From positions 39,556,001-39,620,000 of the forward strand of contig NC_043014.1 of the NCBI RefSeq assembly GCF_006345805.1: 64,000 bases of DNA, given 5' to 3'. Source of the stretch: Octopus sinensis. Its lineage: Eukaryota. The notes beneath the pieces were generated by a model, which worked only from the letters and a program-made list of their open reading frames with translations, searched no databases and was not told the DNA's origin. This document shows positions 25,021 through 37,867 of this stretch, piece after piece; the stretch's first letter is position 1, and each line of letters starts with the position of its first letter. A program made the translations under genes and the position numbers.

Positions 25021-25540
25021 GTGTATAGGCATGTAGTGCATGCATGTTGGATTTCTATTTTCACATATGCACATGAAGGGTGGCATCACCCCTACCCAAA
25101 GAATTTTGCCCACATGGCATTAGCTTTGGTGGGAAAAGATAAAATCAGATACTTTTTTTAGGTAGAGGTGTTTGCCCTTCAATGTGGGGTGGGTGGACAC
25201 ACCTTGAGAGAAGGCCTTCCTCTAACTGCACTTTTTCTAGATAGGGGTGTTGGCCATATACAAACCCATTTATAACCCTGGGAAGAGGCGGCCCACATTA
25301 GTCTGGCCTTTATCATCTGCTCTAAGGACTCTTACTTAATAAGAACTGTCTGTGTGTCATGTGAAGCTTTTCCAGAAAATCTTTACATGTAAACTTTGTG
25401 AGTATAGACATGTAGTGCATACTTGTTGGATTTCCATTTTCACATATGCACATGAAGGGTGGTATCACCCCCTACCCAAAGAATTTTGCCCACGTGACAT
25501 TAGTTTTGGTGGGAAAAAATAAAATCAGATACTTTTTAAA
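25021..25540. repeat. ~140-bp direct repeat pair
   Basis: 25021-25160 and about 25400-25540 share TTCACATATGCACATGAAGGG...CCCAAAGAATTTTGCCCAC...AAAATCAGATACTTTTT. Confidence 0.85.
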
Positions 25541-26139
25541 CACATCTCATAGGCAATACCCAAGAAAAGGAAAGGATTATTTTGTCATGGCTAAATCAAG
25601 GCTGCCCTGGGGCTGAATAACAACAAAAACAACAACAACAACTGCACAGTAACATATAACACTAAAAAAGGGAAAGCAATATCTGAAGTCTGTTATGTTT
25701 CATGATAACATGAGAATAGACCTATCATCAGTGATAGGTCTATTCTCTATATATTGACTTTATAAATGAAGGGAAGAGTCAAATGTTCACAAAAACATGA
25801 CATAGATGTCAGATATTGATCAGTATTGACAGCTGACACACAGGAGTCCATCATAAACATCATCATCACTGTATTAATGCTTGTATGAGTCAGACAATAT
25901 TTGTTGAGGTACACACACACACATGTACTGTATATATTCGTGGATAGGTTGCACCCTTAGTTTAGGATTGTCAAAGTAGGTATTTGCAGTTGACTCACAG
26001 ATAGGTCACACTATAATCTAGGGAGTCACATGCCTCTTTTTTTAATGTAAATATAACTAATATTTGTTAAATATTATCAAATATTCCATGTCCATCTGCA
26101 TAATCCACCACTTTCAACTTAAAACCTGCTTACTCTCTC

Positions 26140-26600
26140 TCTTTTACTCTTTTACTTGTTTCAGTCATTTGACTGCGGCCATGCTGGAGCACTCCCTTTA
26201 GTCGAGCAAATCGACCCCAGGACTTATTCTTTGGAAGCCTAGTACTTATTCTATCGGCTTCTTTTGCCGAACCGCTAAGTTACAGGGACGTTAACACACC
26301 AGCATCGGTTGTCAAGCGATGTTGGGGGGACAAACACAGACACACAAATATATACACACACTCATATACGTATACACACACACACACACACACTCACACA
26401 TATATATATAATATATATATATATATACATATATACGACAGGCTTTTTTCAGTTTCTGTTTATCAAATCCACTCACAAGGCTTTGGTCGGCCCGAGGCTA
26501 TAGTAGAAGACACTTGCCCAAGGTGCCATGCAGTGGGACTGAACTTGGAACCATGTGGTTGGTAAGCAAGCTACTTACCACACAGCCACTCCTACGCTTC
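26140..26600 (-). mobile_element. SINE-A, full length
   Basis: Family match. Confidence 0.85.
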
Positions 26601-28191
26601 ATAACTTTTTCTCTTACTCATGATTAGGGTTTGCAATTATTAAAATTATTAAATTAAAAATTGGGGTGAATCAATGTTGGCAAAAAGACCAATATGCAGA
26701 CTTCTGGTTTCCAGTTTCTATCAAACAGATGTCACAAAAATGTTTCCATAACAACTTGAAAACTGAAAAGCCCAGGCTCAGGGTACACTTGAACCTGGAT
26801 TACTGATACACTGCTGTTTACTTTACACTCCTGTGATGCTGAGTGGATAAGTCACACCCTGACTTTTGATTGAAATTTTTGGTAAAAAAAAAAAGGTGTG
26901 ACCTATCCGCGAATATATATGGTACCAGGCTTTGAAAAAACGCAAGTACTCTGGTGGATTTGTTCAACTAAATGTTTCAATGCAGTGCTTCAGCATGGCC
27001 ACAGTCCAATGACTCAAACAAGTTAAAGAACATGATGGGCTTCTTTTAGTTTCCATCCACTAAATCCACACACAAGGCTTTGGGTCAGCTACAGGCAAAA
27101 TTAGAAGTACCGAGGTACCATGCAGAGAAACTGAACCTGAAACCATGTGGTTGGAAAGCACATGGTTTCAGTGTAAGAAATTCTCAGCCTCTTCTTGGGT
27201 GCCTGAACACTAACTAAACATTAGATGAAACATTTATTAGAAGAGAAACAGCTGTGATGTAGGGAAGATAATTTATAATAGATAAAGCGATGTTAGCTGA
27301 TGGCCAGAGTTGAAGTGAGCTAATTAATAAGCTATCTAAAGGCAAACTATTGATGACAACAGTTAAGTCCTACATATCTTATCTGATGTTACAAGATTCT
27401 GAATTCAGATCTCTGCAATAAATATTATATTATATTATTGGAGAGATTAGTATTGCTACATTCAAGCTATGAGCTAATTCTTTTATTGATCATTAACTGT
27501 TAGTCAAGATATTGGTAATGGGAGTAGTCAGGGCAGTAAGATAAGTGAAGCAAGCAAAACATGACACCTGTTTGATAAAAACAACAAGACAGGAAAGTTT
27601 CATAACATCCATATAGAATTAGCCAGGCAGCTAAGAAGTTTGCTTCATAGGCATGTTGTTTCCACTTCAGTAACCACTAATTTAGTATTTAGAATGATGT
27701 CTTGCAAACAACTTGCACATGCAAGTGCTACCAGTCAAAAGCTCCGTATACCAGAAGCCAGCAAGTGTATGGGGTCATCAGGAGAGAATGCGCGCCGTTT
27801 CGGGGCCTACCTCTCGACGGCATCAATGCGCACCGGGCCCCCTCCCTCACTGATATGAGGCCCCGCTTGCTAGATCAGCTGGTTATGAAATTAAACTCAA
27901 TATCCTTCTAGCCATCGCTCATCGTCTCTTTTTAACCAAATCCAGTAGCTAGTCTTTTCCACTGTAGATTGGATATCAGTCATGGTGGTATTGACTTTAC
28001 GATGAGTTAGGCCTAGCGATAACAACAGTCGTCTCATTACTATGAAAATTTCCAGGTAGGTTTAAATTTAGATTGCTTTAAAATGGAGTTTGTCTCAGAA
28101 TCAGTGACAGTCTCAGGCAGGTTGGAATTAAAAGGGTTGAGTCTAAAATGTAAGTTAATTCGAAAAACTATATAAATTTTATATACACTAT

Positions 28192-28593
28192 GTGGTACTG
28201 GCAATGACCTTGCTCAAATGTTTTTTTTTTCACGTGCCAGTAAGGCGAGATCGTTACCAGCGTCGCCTTACTGGCACTTGTGCCGGTGGCATGTGAAAAA
28301 ATATTCGAGCAAGGTCGTTGCCAGTGCCACTGGACTGGCTCCTGTGCAGGTGGCACGAAAAAACACCATTTGAGTGTGGCCATTGCCAGTACCGCCTGAC
28401 TGGCCCTCCTGCCGGTGGCACGTAAAAGCACCCACTACACTCTTGGAGTGGTTGGCGTTAGGAAGGGCATCTAGCTGTAGAAACTCTGCCAGAGCAAGAG
28501 TGGAGCCTGGTGCAGCCATCTGGTTCGCCAGTCCTCAGTCAACTCGTCCAACCCATGCTAGCATGGAAAGCGGACGTTAAACGATGATGATGA
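28192..28593 (+). mobile_element. Element C with about four internal units
   Basis: Repeated GTGCC-GGT-GGCAC units, C 3' end and (GAT)n tail. Confidence 0.8.
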
Positions 28594-29794
28594 TTATTAA
28601 GAATTGAATAAAAAAAAGTTGCTAAAATATTTTGTGTATTGTAGAAGTACAACCAATTTATTGCACAGAAATTTAAACAACAAAATCATATAAGGACCTC
28701 CAAAGTTCATATGGACCATGGTTGAAAACCACTCTTCTAGGTTAATAAGGATGTGGTTATATTATATATAAGCTTTTTCATTGTTTTAGAATTAATTGAG
28801 GGGCAATTTATTTTAAAAGAAATACGATAACAATATTTCAGTAAGGGTATATATTAGTCCAAGATTATAATTTGAGATTTTTGACTAGTTGTTTTCAGTG
28901 TTATATGATATGCTAGTTTGTCAGCTCAGCAGATAAAACCTATAATTTATTGTAAATTTTCTGTTGCGATAACTAACCTTAATTAACTTAGATTATTTAA
29001 TGAACAGACAAGTTTATAGAAGTTATAAGGTTTCTTTGTGGAGATTGGAGGTACCACCATTTGGTTCTAACTCCCTTCCCAAATGTGAGTAGCCATGTGG
29101 CCCTTCTATAATATGAACCTGCTCTACCCCAACTAATTGTTAACAAGTGTCACAATCATGCAAGCAATACCCTTCTTTATCATCATCAACATCATCTTTT
29201 AATGACTGTTCTCCATGCTGGCATCAGTTGGTCAGTTTGACAGGGGTTAGCCAGCTGGAGTGATGCCTAGGCTCCCTCTGACTGTTTCGGCATGGTTTCT
29301 ATGGTTGAATACTCTTCCTAATGCCAATCACTTTACAGAGTGTAGAGAGAGCTTTTATGTGACACTGATACATGCACTTTTATGTGGCCCCAGCACAGGC
29401 CAAATTTCCAAAATTCCATGACAAACATTTCTGGCCATCGGAAATATTACTTAACTTGGAAATAGATGAGAGTTGGCAATAGGAAAGGCATACAGCCATA
29501 TAAAAATTGCCTCGATAAATTCCATCCAAACTATACGAGCATGGAAAGGCGGATGTTAAATTGTGATGATTCACAATTCTCATCCTGAAAGCTCTCCAAA
29601 AATGACAGTTCCATTGATGAAGTCACACCCAGAGTATTTTCTGGACACTGTTGCTCATTTCCATTAGAAACACTCTGTAGGATGCTATGTTAAAATTGGT
29701 AATCCATCAGCCATATCACCTGGATTGGGAGAAACCTATGAAGGTCTAACAACATTCCCGGTCCAGGAATGCAGTGCGAGTGATGAATTTAAAC

Positions 29795-30003
29795 CATTAT
29801 TATTATTTTATATATGCACAACAGTTTAAACTGTTGGAAAAGAAGAATTCCTCACATCAGGCTACAACAAGTGACCTTATATGCCAAGAACCCTCCTAAG
29901 TATCCTAGCTGTCCCTAATAACACTGTTTTCTGGAGCTACACCAAACTAGGCTTTATGCCTATCTCCTCGATCCATCTGTTCAAATCTTTAGGAATAGTT
30001 CCT
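29795..30003 (-). pseudogene. 5'-truncated Dong/R4-clade LINE 3' end
   Basis: GTIPKDLNRWIEEIGIKPSLV*LQKTVLLGTARILRRVLGI*, then a short UTR and (TAA)n; (ATT)n on both flanks. Confidence 0.75.
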
Positions 30004-30039
30004 TATAATTATTATTATAATTATTATTACTATTATTAT

Positions 30040-30268
30040 TTGTTTCTTTATTACCCACAAGGGGCTAAACACAGAGGGGACAAACAAGGACAAACAGATT
30101 AAGTCGATTACATCGACCCCAGTGCGTAACTGGTACTTAATTTATCGACCCTGAAAGGATGAAAGGCAAAGTCGACCTCGGCAGAATTTGAACTCAGAAC
30201 ATAGCGACGGACGAAATACCACGAAGCACTTCGCCCGGCGTGCTAACGTCTCTGCCAGCTTGCCGCTT

Positions 30269-30310
<42 letters not shown>

Positions 30311-31490
30311 GGTAGCAAGCTGGCAGAACCGTTAGCATCCCAGGTGAAATGCTTAGTGGTATTCTGAGTTCAAATTCCGCCAGGATTGACTCTGCCTTTC
30401 ATCCTTTCAGGGGTTGATAAAATAAGTACAAGTCAAGCACGGTTTTCAATGTAATTGACTAGTCCCCTCAATGTAATCAACTAGCCTTGTGCCTATAGTT
30501 GAAAGGATTATTATTATTATTTATTATTATTATTACTAAATTCCACTGGGGTGAATTTTGCCTCTCATCCCTTCAGGGTCGATAAAACAGATACTAGTTG
30601 AGTACTGGGGTTGATGTAATCAACTAAACCCCTCTCACAAAATGTGAGGCCTTGTACCTATAGTAGAAAACATTTTTATTATGAAGGTGGTGAGCTGGCA
30701 GAATCATTAGTGTGTTGGACAAAATGCTTAGTGGTATTTTCCTTTATGTTGTGAGTTCAACTGCTACCAAGGTCGACTTTGCATTCCATCCTTTCAGGGT
30801 CGATAAAGTACTAGTTGAACACTGGGGTCAATGTACTCGACTAGCCTAGTTTCCCCCACAGAATTCAAGCCTTGTGCCTATAGCGAAAAGAATTATAATT
30901 TCTATTTTTAATATTTTTATGCAGTGGAGGGCGGCGAGCTGGCAGAAACGTTAGCACGCCGGGCGAAATGCGTAGCCGTATTTCGTCTGCCGTTACGTTC
31001 TGAGTTCAAATTCCGCCGAGGTCGACTTTGCCTTTCATCCTTTCGGGGTCGATAAATTAAGTACCAGTTATGCACTGGAGTCGATGTAATCGACTTAATC
31101 CGTGTGTCTCTCCTTGTTTGTCCCTTCTGTGTTTAGCTCCTTGTGGGTAGTAAAGAAATAGGTATTTCGACCGTCTTTATGTTCTGAGTTCAAATTCCGC
31201 CAAGGTCGACTTTGTCGTTCATCCTTTCGAACATTGGGATCGATGTAATCGACTTACATCTACCCGCGTACTTGCTGGCCTTGTGCCAAAATTTGAAACC
31301 AATAATTTTAGGGAGTGGATTGGCTAAATGGTTGAGAGTCGGGAAAATACCATGCGCTAGTTGTTCCGACTCTTTACATTCTGAGTTAAAACACCGCTGT
31401 GGTCAGCATTGCTTTTCATCCTTCCGGGGTCGATAAAATAAAGTACCTGATACCCTCAAATTATCTGACCTTGAGCTTAAAAACAGAAAT
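30040..31490. mobile_element. Cluster of about seven SINE-B/B2 copies separated by (ATT)n
   Basis: B on minus 30040-30268; B2 on plus at about 30310, 30535 and 30684; B 30927-31160 fused to a B2 body 31161-31300; decayed copy 31310-31490. Confidence 0.85.
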
Positions 31491-32659
31491 CATTCTTCTC
31501 TAGCGTGGGTAGAAAGCTACAGATTAGGTGTACTCTACTCGAACCAGTAAGTTGACTGGTTCTTATTTTATCGTCTTCAGCAGAATTTGAAACCAGAACG
31601 TAAAAATAAGGAAGCACTAAATACCGCAAGATAATATTCCGTAGCCTTTCCCATCATTCTACTAACGTAATATAACATTAATAATATAAATATTTTTCGT
31701 ATCGAGCACTCATAGTCCCTTATCAATTAGAAGCCTAATACTTTCTTAGTGCTGCGGCAGCCGCCGTTCCACATCGTGGTGGGGCGGGGACGATGATGTT
31801 TATGCTAAGATTGTTGTTTATGCAAGGTAAAGTACAAACTGATGTCATTGATCCTTCTCAAGCCACTAGTAATACTGTTCACCATAAATAACATTCGTAT
31901 TCGGGCGGTTATACTTAGTCAACTTTTATTATTTTAATATGTTTATATACAACTCAGGGTTTGACAGAAGCTCCTAACTAAAGCAGCAACACCTAGCCGT
32001 TTGAATTATAACATACCATATGGGGTTTCGTCGTTTTTTCTTATTTTCAGTAGTTGATGAATATGCCTCTCTATTGAGGTCTTCGCGAAGCGGTAAACGA
32101 TACAGTCGGGGTTAATAGTACTTTTAAGGTTGTCCAACAGATTAATAACAAACGAAATAAACATATGACGTAGCTACTTCCTTCGACTCCAACACAACAC
32201 ATATTAAATTCTTATAAAAATGGCAACGAACTTGCGAAATAAAACTGAAAAACAATTTAAGAAATTCGTAGCATAAAATCTTTGGTATTTTGATGTTGTT
32301 ATGATTCCTCTTTTATTACACATTTTCGTTTTTGTTTCTTGTATTTTTTTTTATTTTCGGTCGCTGCTATTTTTTTTTGCAAGAGTAATTCTGTTATCAT
32401 CAAATTATGAATGTAACAAAAGAATTCGGTCAGTTATTGGTTTACTTATATTACCTTCTAAGTGTGCAGTGTTTCGATTGTTATTTTGAAAACTAATGAG
32501 TTATATAAAGAGAGAGAGATTAAACTGTTCTAAGGTAGCCCAATTCAGCAACAACAGGCAATGAAAACAGTCACTGATGGGTCGAACAAAACGAATAGAT
32601 TTTAACTCTGGAGGCGAATTATGTCATACTTATTCTACACACGCATTCCCACCACGAGT

Positions 32660-32870
32660 AAAACGATAGCGCCTTTACGTGGTCGCTCGACACGCTAGAA
32701 ATAGCAGCCATGTTTCCCTTTAAATTGAACTTTGCTGTGTTTTTTTTTTTTATGGAAGGGCGCATGAGGGTTATGTAACGTAGTCCTAAATATGTAGTGT
32801 CTGAATAAAAGATGAGATGGTCATGGTTGGAACGCCTTGCTCGATCGGGATCTAACCTGGGACTAATACA
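32660..32870 (-). mobile_element. Decayed interspersed repeat (family F)
   Basis: GGCTGCTATTTCTAGC...CGAGCGACCACG shared with 35180-35400 and a fragment at 13185-13210. Confidence 0.55.
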
Positions 32871-34689
32871 TCAACGACAACGATGATTAGTTTGTTAAGA
32901 AGGGAGGCAAGGAAGTAAACTTTTGGAAAGATGAGAAGAATAAATGTCAAAAATATCACATAAAATGTTTAACTGCATTTGAAATATACGATCTGCCTCT
33001 CTGTCTCTGCTTTCGTAAAGAGGATACATAATATGCAAAAACCCTCATGTAATCGTGTAATCCAGCAGTTTATGCGCTCACACCAATCAAAACAAAATAA
33101 CAGATACTTTAGTTAGCTATTTTATGTAATAATATATATGTGACGATATAATTGACCTTTGCATCGTATTCAGTTCTATCCGTTGCAAGCACATGGAATA
33201 ATATATGTATGTGTGTGTGTATATATACATGTATGTATATATGTATATATATATATATATGAAAGCGTAGAAAATATAATAATCATTCCATCAAATTTTT
33301 GCAGTAAAAAGCATTATAACAAACAATACTTCAAGATCGAAAATAAAATATAATGAAAAGTTAATTTTTTTTTAAAATAGCAATAATAGAAATAAAAGAG
33401 GGAAAATTCGTATAATTTATAACAGTTAATTAAAATATCATAGCTGTATAATGTAATAGCTTAAACTGGAATAAAAATCATTTAATTACTTGCCACACTG
33501 CACTGATTCTGTCCATCCATATCGACTTGATTAAAACAATTCTAGTGACTTATTATTACAATATTTAAATTGTTGCTCGATGTGACGGTGTGATAGCAAA
33601 ACGTAATGCATAGCTATGTTCCCCGATGCAGCAGGTTACAGAAGAACTGTATTGAGAGGTTGAAGTATATTCTTAACAAAAAAAAAAAAAAAATCTGATA
33701 TTTGCTAATTCTTTATAATATACGTAATTTTTGGAAAATTATAACAAATGCTTGAACGGAGAAGCTGGAAATGTTAGTGTTTTTATTTAAGAAAAGAAAA
33801 GAGGTGGAAGAAAAAAAGAGAAATGAGTAGTGGGCAATATTAGTTAAAACTGCATGTATCAGTAGTGGAAACAAAAACAGATTGTGAGAAGTTAAAGGGC
33901 GCAGAGAGAGAGAGAGAGAACATCGTGGATTTTGCAGTATAATTTGATTTGATTTACCTTCTGAGATGCGGATTGCGTCGAGGGAGTTCCAGTGACAGTC
34001 TTCATCCGTATATATAACTAGTTGGACTTTTAGACACTTAATAATTCTGAGATAGTCTGTTAATAATTTAACGTCAGGACAACAAAATTACAGTTCTTAG
34101 CAACAACAGCAGTCGCGAAACGATCAGCTGTTTGAGGCCGACTAAAAATAGTGCCGGGTTAGAGCGAGCACTGATGGGGTGTGATTTCAAATTACATCTT
34201 TCTTTCGTATTACGAAATGACAGGAGCTAGAAGATGGCAAAGGAGGAAGAGGAAGGCACAAGCAGGATATTGCCACCAACGATTTCTTCTCACGTTTGTG
34301 ATGTGATAGTGTTATAATTATTGCCATGACCCCACGGATATGAAAATGATGATTTCGTTTTCCATAGTGGTCGGCTTTCGGCTTGCTTATTTACGTATTC
34401 ACGACTGATTTAGCGGATGTTTTATTTTGAAAAGATATCGCATATTTTTATTTAGAAAACGAAAATAGCTTTCACAAAAAAAAGCTGTTTGTGTGAATAA
34501 AGAAGGCACGTGTTTTCGTGTACACAAACGTACAATAAAATGATTAAAATATATTACCGAGCTACCATGCATATTCTATGCATTTGTATATTGAAGTATG
34601 CTTGCACTGACAGGAATAGGTGCATACGTGACCTTTCACACATGCACGCATACATTGCACATGTATACGTTATATATACATGTAAATAG

Positions 34690-35080
34690 GTTATATATAT
34701 ACATGTATGTATGTAGATAGATAGATAGATAGATAGATAAAGTATATAGAATAATAGATAGAGAGAGAGAGAGAGAGTAAGATAGATAAATAGAGAGAGA
34801 GAGAAAGAAAGAGAGAGTAAGATAGATAGATAGATAGATTAAAGTATATAGAATAATAGAGAGAGAGAGAGAGATAGAGAGATAGATAAAGTATATAGAA
34901 TAATAGAGAGAGAGCAAGATAGATAGATAGATAGATAGATAGATAAGGTATATAGATAGATAAAGTATATAGAATAATAGATAGATAGATAGATAGATAG
35001 ATAGGTAGATAGATAAGGTATATAGATTGATTGATAAGGTAGATAGATAGATAAGGTATATAGATAGATAGATAAGTACT
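34690..35080. repeat. Complex (GATA)n/(GA)n satellite with recurrent AAGTATATAGAATAATAG spacer
   Basis: Spacer near 34740, 34841, 34890 and 34963; variant AAGGTATATAGA near 34945, 35016 and 35054. Confidence 0.9.
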
Positions 35081-35569
35081 CCTTTTCAAATTAACATTGT
35101 TGCACATTGATAAGCGTTCCACAACCTTGTATGCATGCATGCATACACACACACGCACACACAAATGTATGACCGTGTGATAAAAATCCTTATGGTTGTG
35201 GTTTAGCCCCGAGGAAACCCAGATCGAGCAATACTATGATCAAAACCCATTACGACTGTCTTTTTAAGAGTGTCCATAACTGTACATTATGCAATGTATT
35301 CTACTCTATCTAAAGTGTACGATTTGAGTAGGGAGAGATTTTGGCTGCTATTTCTGGCAAGTCGAGTGACCGCAAAGAAATTCGTTAAATATGCGAGTCT
35401 ATGTATGTATGCCTGCATCTGTCTATATACTATAGGCACAAGGGGGAAGGAGCAAGTCGATTACATCGACCTCAGTGCGTAACTGGTACTTAATTTGTCG
35501 ACCTCGGCTGAATTTGAACTCAGAGCGTAGCGGCAGACGAAGTACTGCTAAGCATTTCGCATATATATA

Positions 35570-35722
35570 TATAGGGGGAGAATTCATTAAAAAAAAAAAG
35601 ACGAAAACAGGTGGTGTAGACAATAAGCAGATGTATTAGTTTAACGCTCGGGTAGTGAAAAAGTCTTTAACGTTTCGAGCCTACGCTCTTCCACAGAAAG
35701 GTACACAGAAAGAGAAAATAAA
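35570..35722 (-). mobile_element. (TA)n-adjacent Penelope-derived element with variant hammerhead motif
   Basis: Minus strand CTTT-CTGTGGA-A-GAGC-GTAG-GCTC-GAAA-CG-TT-AAAG at 35665-35700. Confidence 0.65.
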
Positions 35723-35773
35723 AAAGGTTTAGTGGCTAGGTGTGTGTGTGTGTGTGTGTGTGTGCGTGTGCGC

Positions 35774-35806
<33 letters not shown>

Positions 35807-35819
35807 TGTATGTATGTAT

Positions 35820-36558
35820 GTCAAGTGCGTATATTCCGGGTGTGCGAGATCTGCACTGCACACCCATCGAAAAAGGCAAAAGTATTATAAATACTAACCT
35901 AACTTATTAATTTAATTATAAATTTTAATGGAAAACTTTGGTTATATCTCTGCTTGAAATTTGGTGGCATTGGGTGTGGCACCACCCAATAATATAGATA
36001 GATAAAACACCCAATAAAACAACTAATATATATATATATATCGGTTATAAAATGAGATAGGGGTTGAAAATTCAACCCACCATGGGATAACATATATCCA
36101 ATATACTGCTAGAGAGGTACCCAACAATACTAATACATAAATGTTAAAAATTGCCATGCAATTAATTCATCTACTGTATTATGTGGGCAAAGGTAAAAAT
36201 ATTACCGTAAATTAATACTACAAAATTAGAAAATGGAGAAACATACTTAAATCAATCAAATATCAACCATCAGATGATACCCAATCAAATCAATACTTTA
36301 TTACACCATTGTATAGGTTCCCCACCTGGACCGGACGCCGGTCCGTCGTAGGTGAGCTGCCAGATGCAGGAGGAAAGAGTGAGAGAAAGTTGTGGCGAAA
36401 GAGTCAGCAGCCGCGTAGAGCTTAGGTATTTCGCTCATGAACACACACATCGCCCGGTCTGAGATTCGAACCCGCAATCCCTCGACTGCGAGTCCGCTGC
36501 TTTAGCCACTAGGCCATGTGCCTCCACACACACACACACAGACACACACACACACACA

Positions 36559-36598
<40 letters not shown>

Positions 36599-36791
36599 GT
36601 TGTGTGTGTGTGTGTGTGCGTGTATGTATGTATGTATGTATGCATGTATGTATGTCAAGGGCGTATATTCCGGGTGTGCGAGGTGTGCACTGCACACCCA
36701 TCGAAAAACGCTAAATCATAATAAATATTAACCTTACTTATTAATTTAATTATAAGTTTTAATAGAAAACTTTCGTTATACCCCTGCTTGA
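35820..36791. repeat. ~140-bp direct repeat pair, possibly a DNA-transposon end
   Basis: 35820-35957 and 36654-36791 share GCGTATATTCCGGGTGTGCGAG...CTGCACACCCATCGAAAAA...CTGCTTGA. Confidence 0.8.
36311..36525 (-). mobile_element. SINE-E
   Basis: tRNA-like head and V-domain-like CGACGGACCGGCGTCCGGTCCAGG. Confidence 0.7.
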
Positions 36792-37180
36792 GATATATAT
36801 ATATTAGAAGAAATGAGGTACTCAGAAGATCGGATGGTTTATATTTAAAGATATTTATTTGTATATTACATTTTTTATATATATATCATATCACTTAGAT
36901 CATTAGCGCTTTCTCCCATTCTAGTGGGGTTTTCAAATCATATATATGGCGAGGCTAAATGTGAGTTTATTGAACGGACGTTAGTAAATTCTTGTTGACA
37001 ATTTATTTATATATACCTTTGTTAGGCGCTTTAACTTAAATACGCGCCAACAGCGAATGTATTGATGCGTAAGTAAAAATCAGTGCCTGCTACTCTTCAC
37101 GTTTTTTTTTATATACGAGAAAAGTAGTTGTAAGACTGTGTGTGACTAGTGACTACTATAAACGAACCAAATATACCCTC

Positions 37181-37228
37181 ACCCCACCTGACGAGCCGGT
37201 AAGTACCAAGCGAAACTAGTCGTGGTGT
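37181..37228 (+). ncRNA. Minimal type I hammerhead ribozyme motif
   Basis: ACCCCAC-CTGACGA-GC(CGGTAAGTACCAA)GC-GAAA-CTAG-TC-GTGGTGT: canonical core, GUC site, stem I 6 of 7 pairs. Confidence 0.8.
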
Positions 37229-37350
37229 TCTTCGACTAATTCTGCTGGGAGAACCTTGCAGTGTCACCTCGGGGGTCTATTCTCTCTCTCTCTCTCTCTC
37301 TCTGTAGATATGTATGTATATATATATATATTATATATATATATCTAATA

Positions 37351-37419
<69 letters not shown>

Positions 37420-37429
<10 letters not shown>

Positions 37430-37830
37430 GCTGTGTGGTAAGTAGCTTGTCTATCAACCACATGGTTCCGGGTTCAGTCCCACTGCGTGGCACTTTGGGC
37501 AAGTGTCTTCTACTATAGCCTCGGGCCGACCAAAGCCTTGTGAGTGGATTTGGTAGACGGAAACTGAAAGAAGCCCGTCGTATATATGTATATATATATA
37601 TATGCGTGTGTGTGTTTGTGTGTCTGTGTTTGTCCCATCCAACATCGCTTGACAACCGATGCTGGTGTGTTTATGTCCCCGTTACTTAGCGGTTCGGCAA
37701 AAAGAGACCGATAGAATAAGTACTGGGCTTACAAAGAATAAGTCCCGGGGTCGAGTTCCTCGATTAAAGGCGGTGCTCCAGCATAGCCGCAGTCAAATGA
37801 CTGAAACAAGTAAAAGAGTAAAAAGTGTAA
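37420..37830 (+). mobile_element. SINE-A, full length
   Basis: Family match with CpGs retained. Confidence 0.88.
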
Positions 37831-37867
37831 TATATATATACATACATACATACATATATATATATAA

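Noticed and set aside
27790-27870. HDV-like ribozyme suggested by GGGGCCT/AGGCCCC pairing
   Set aside because: No P3/L3 with the expected pyrimidine loop, no GG for P1.1 and no P2; only a simple hairpin.
32051-32092. 42-nt phase-1 micro-exon with a good acceptor, possibly spliced from 31792-31826
   Set aside because: Splice signals alone are common; the peptide is unrecognised and there is no further support without RNA data.
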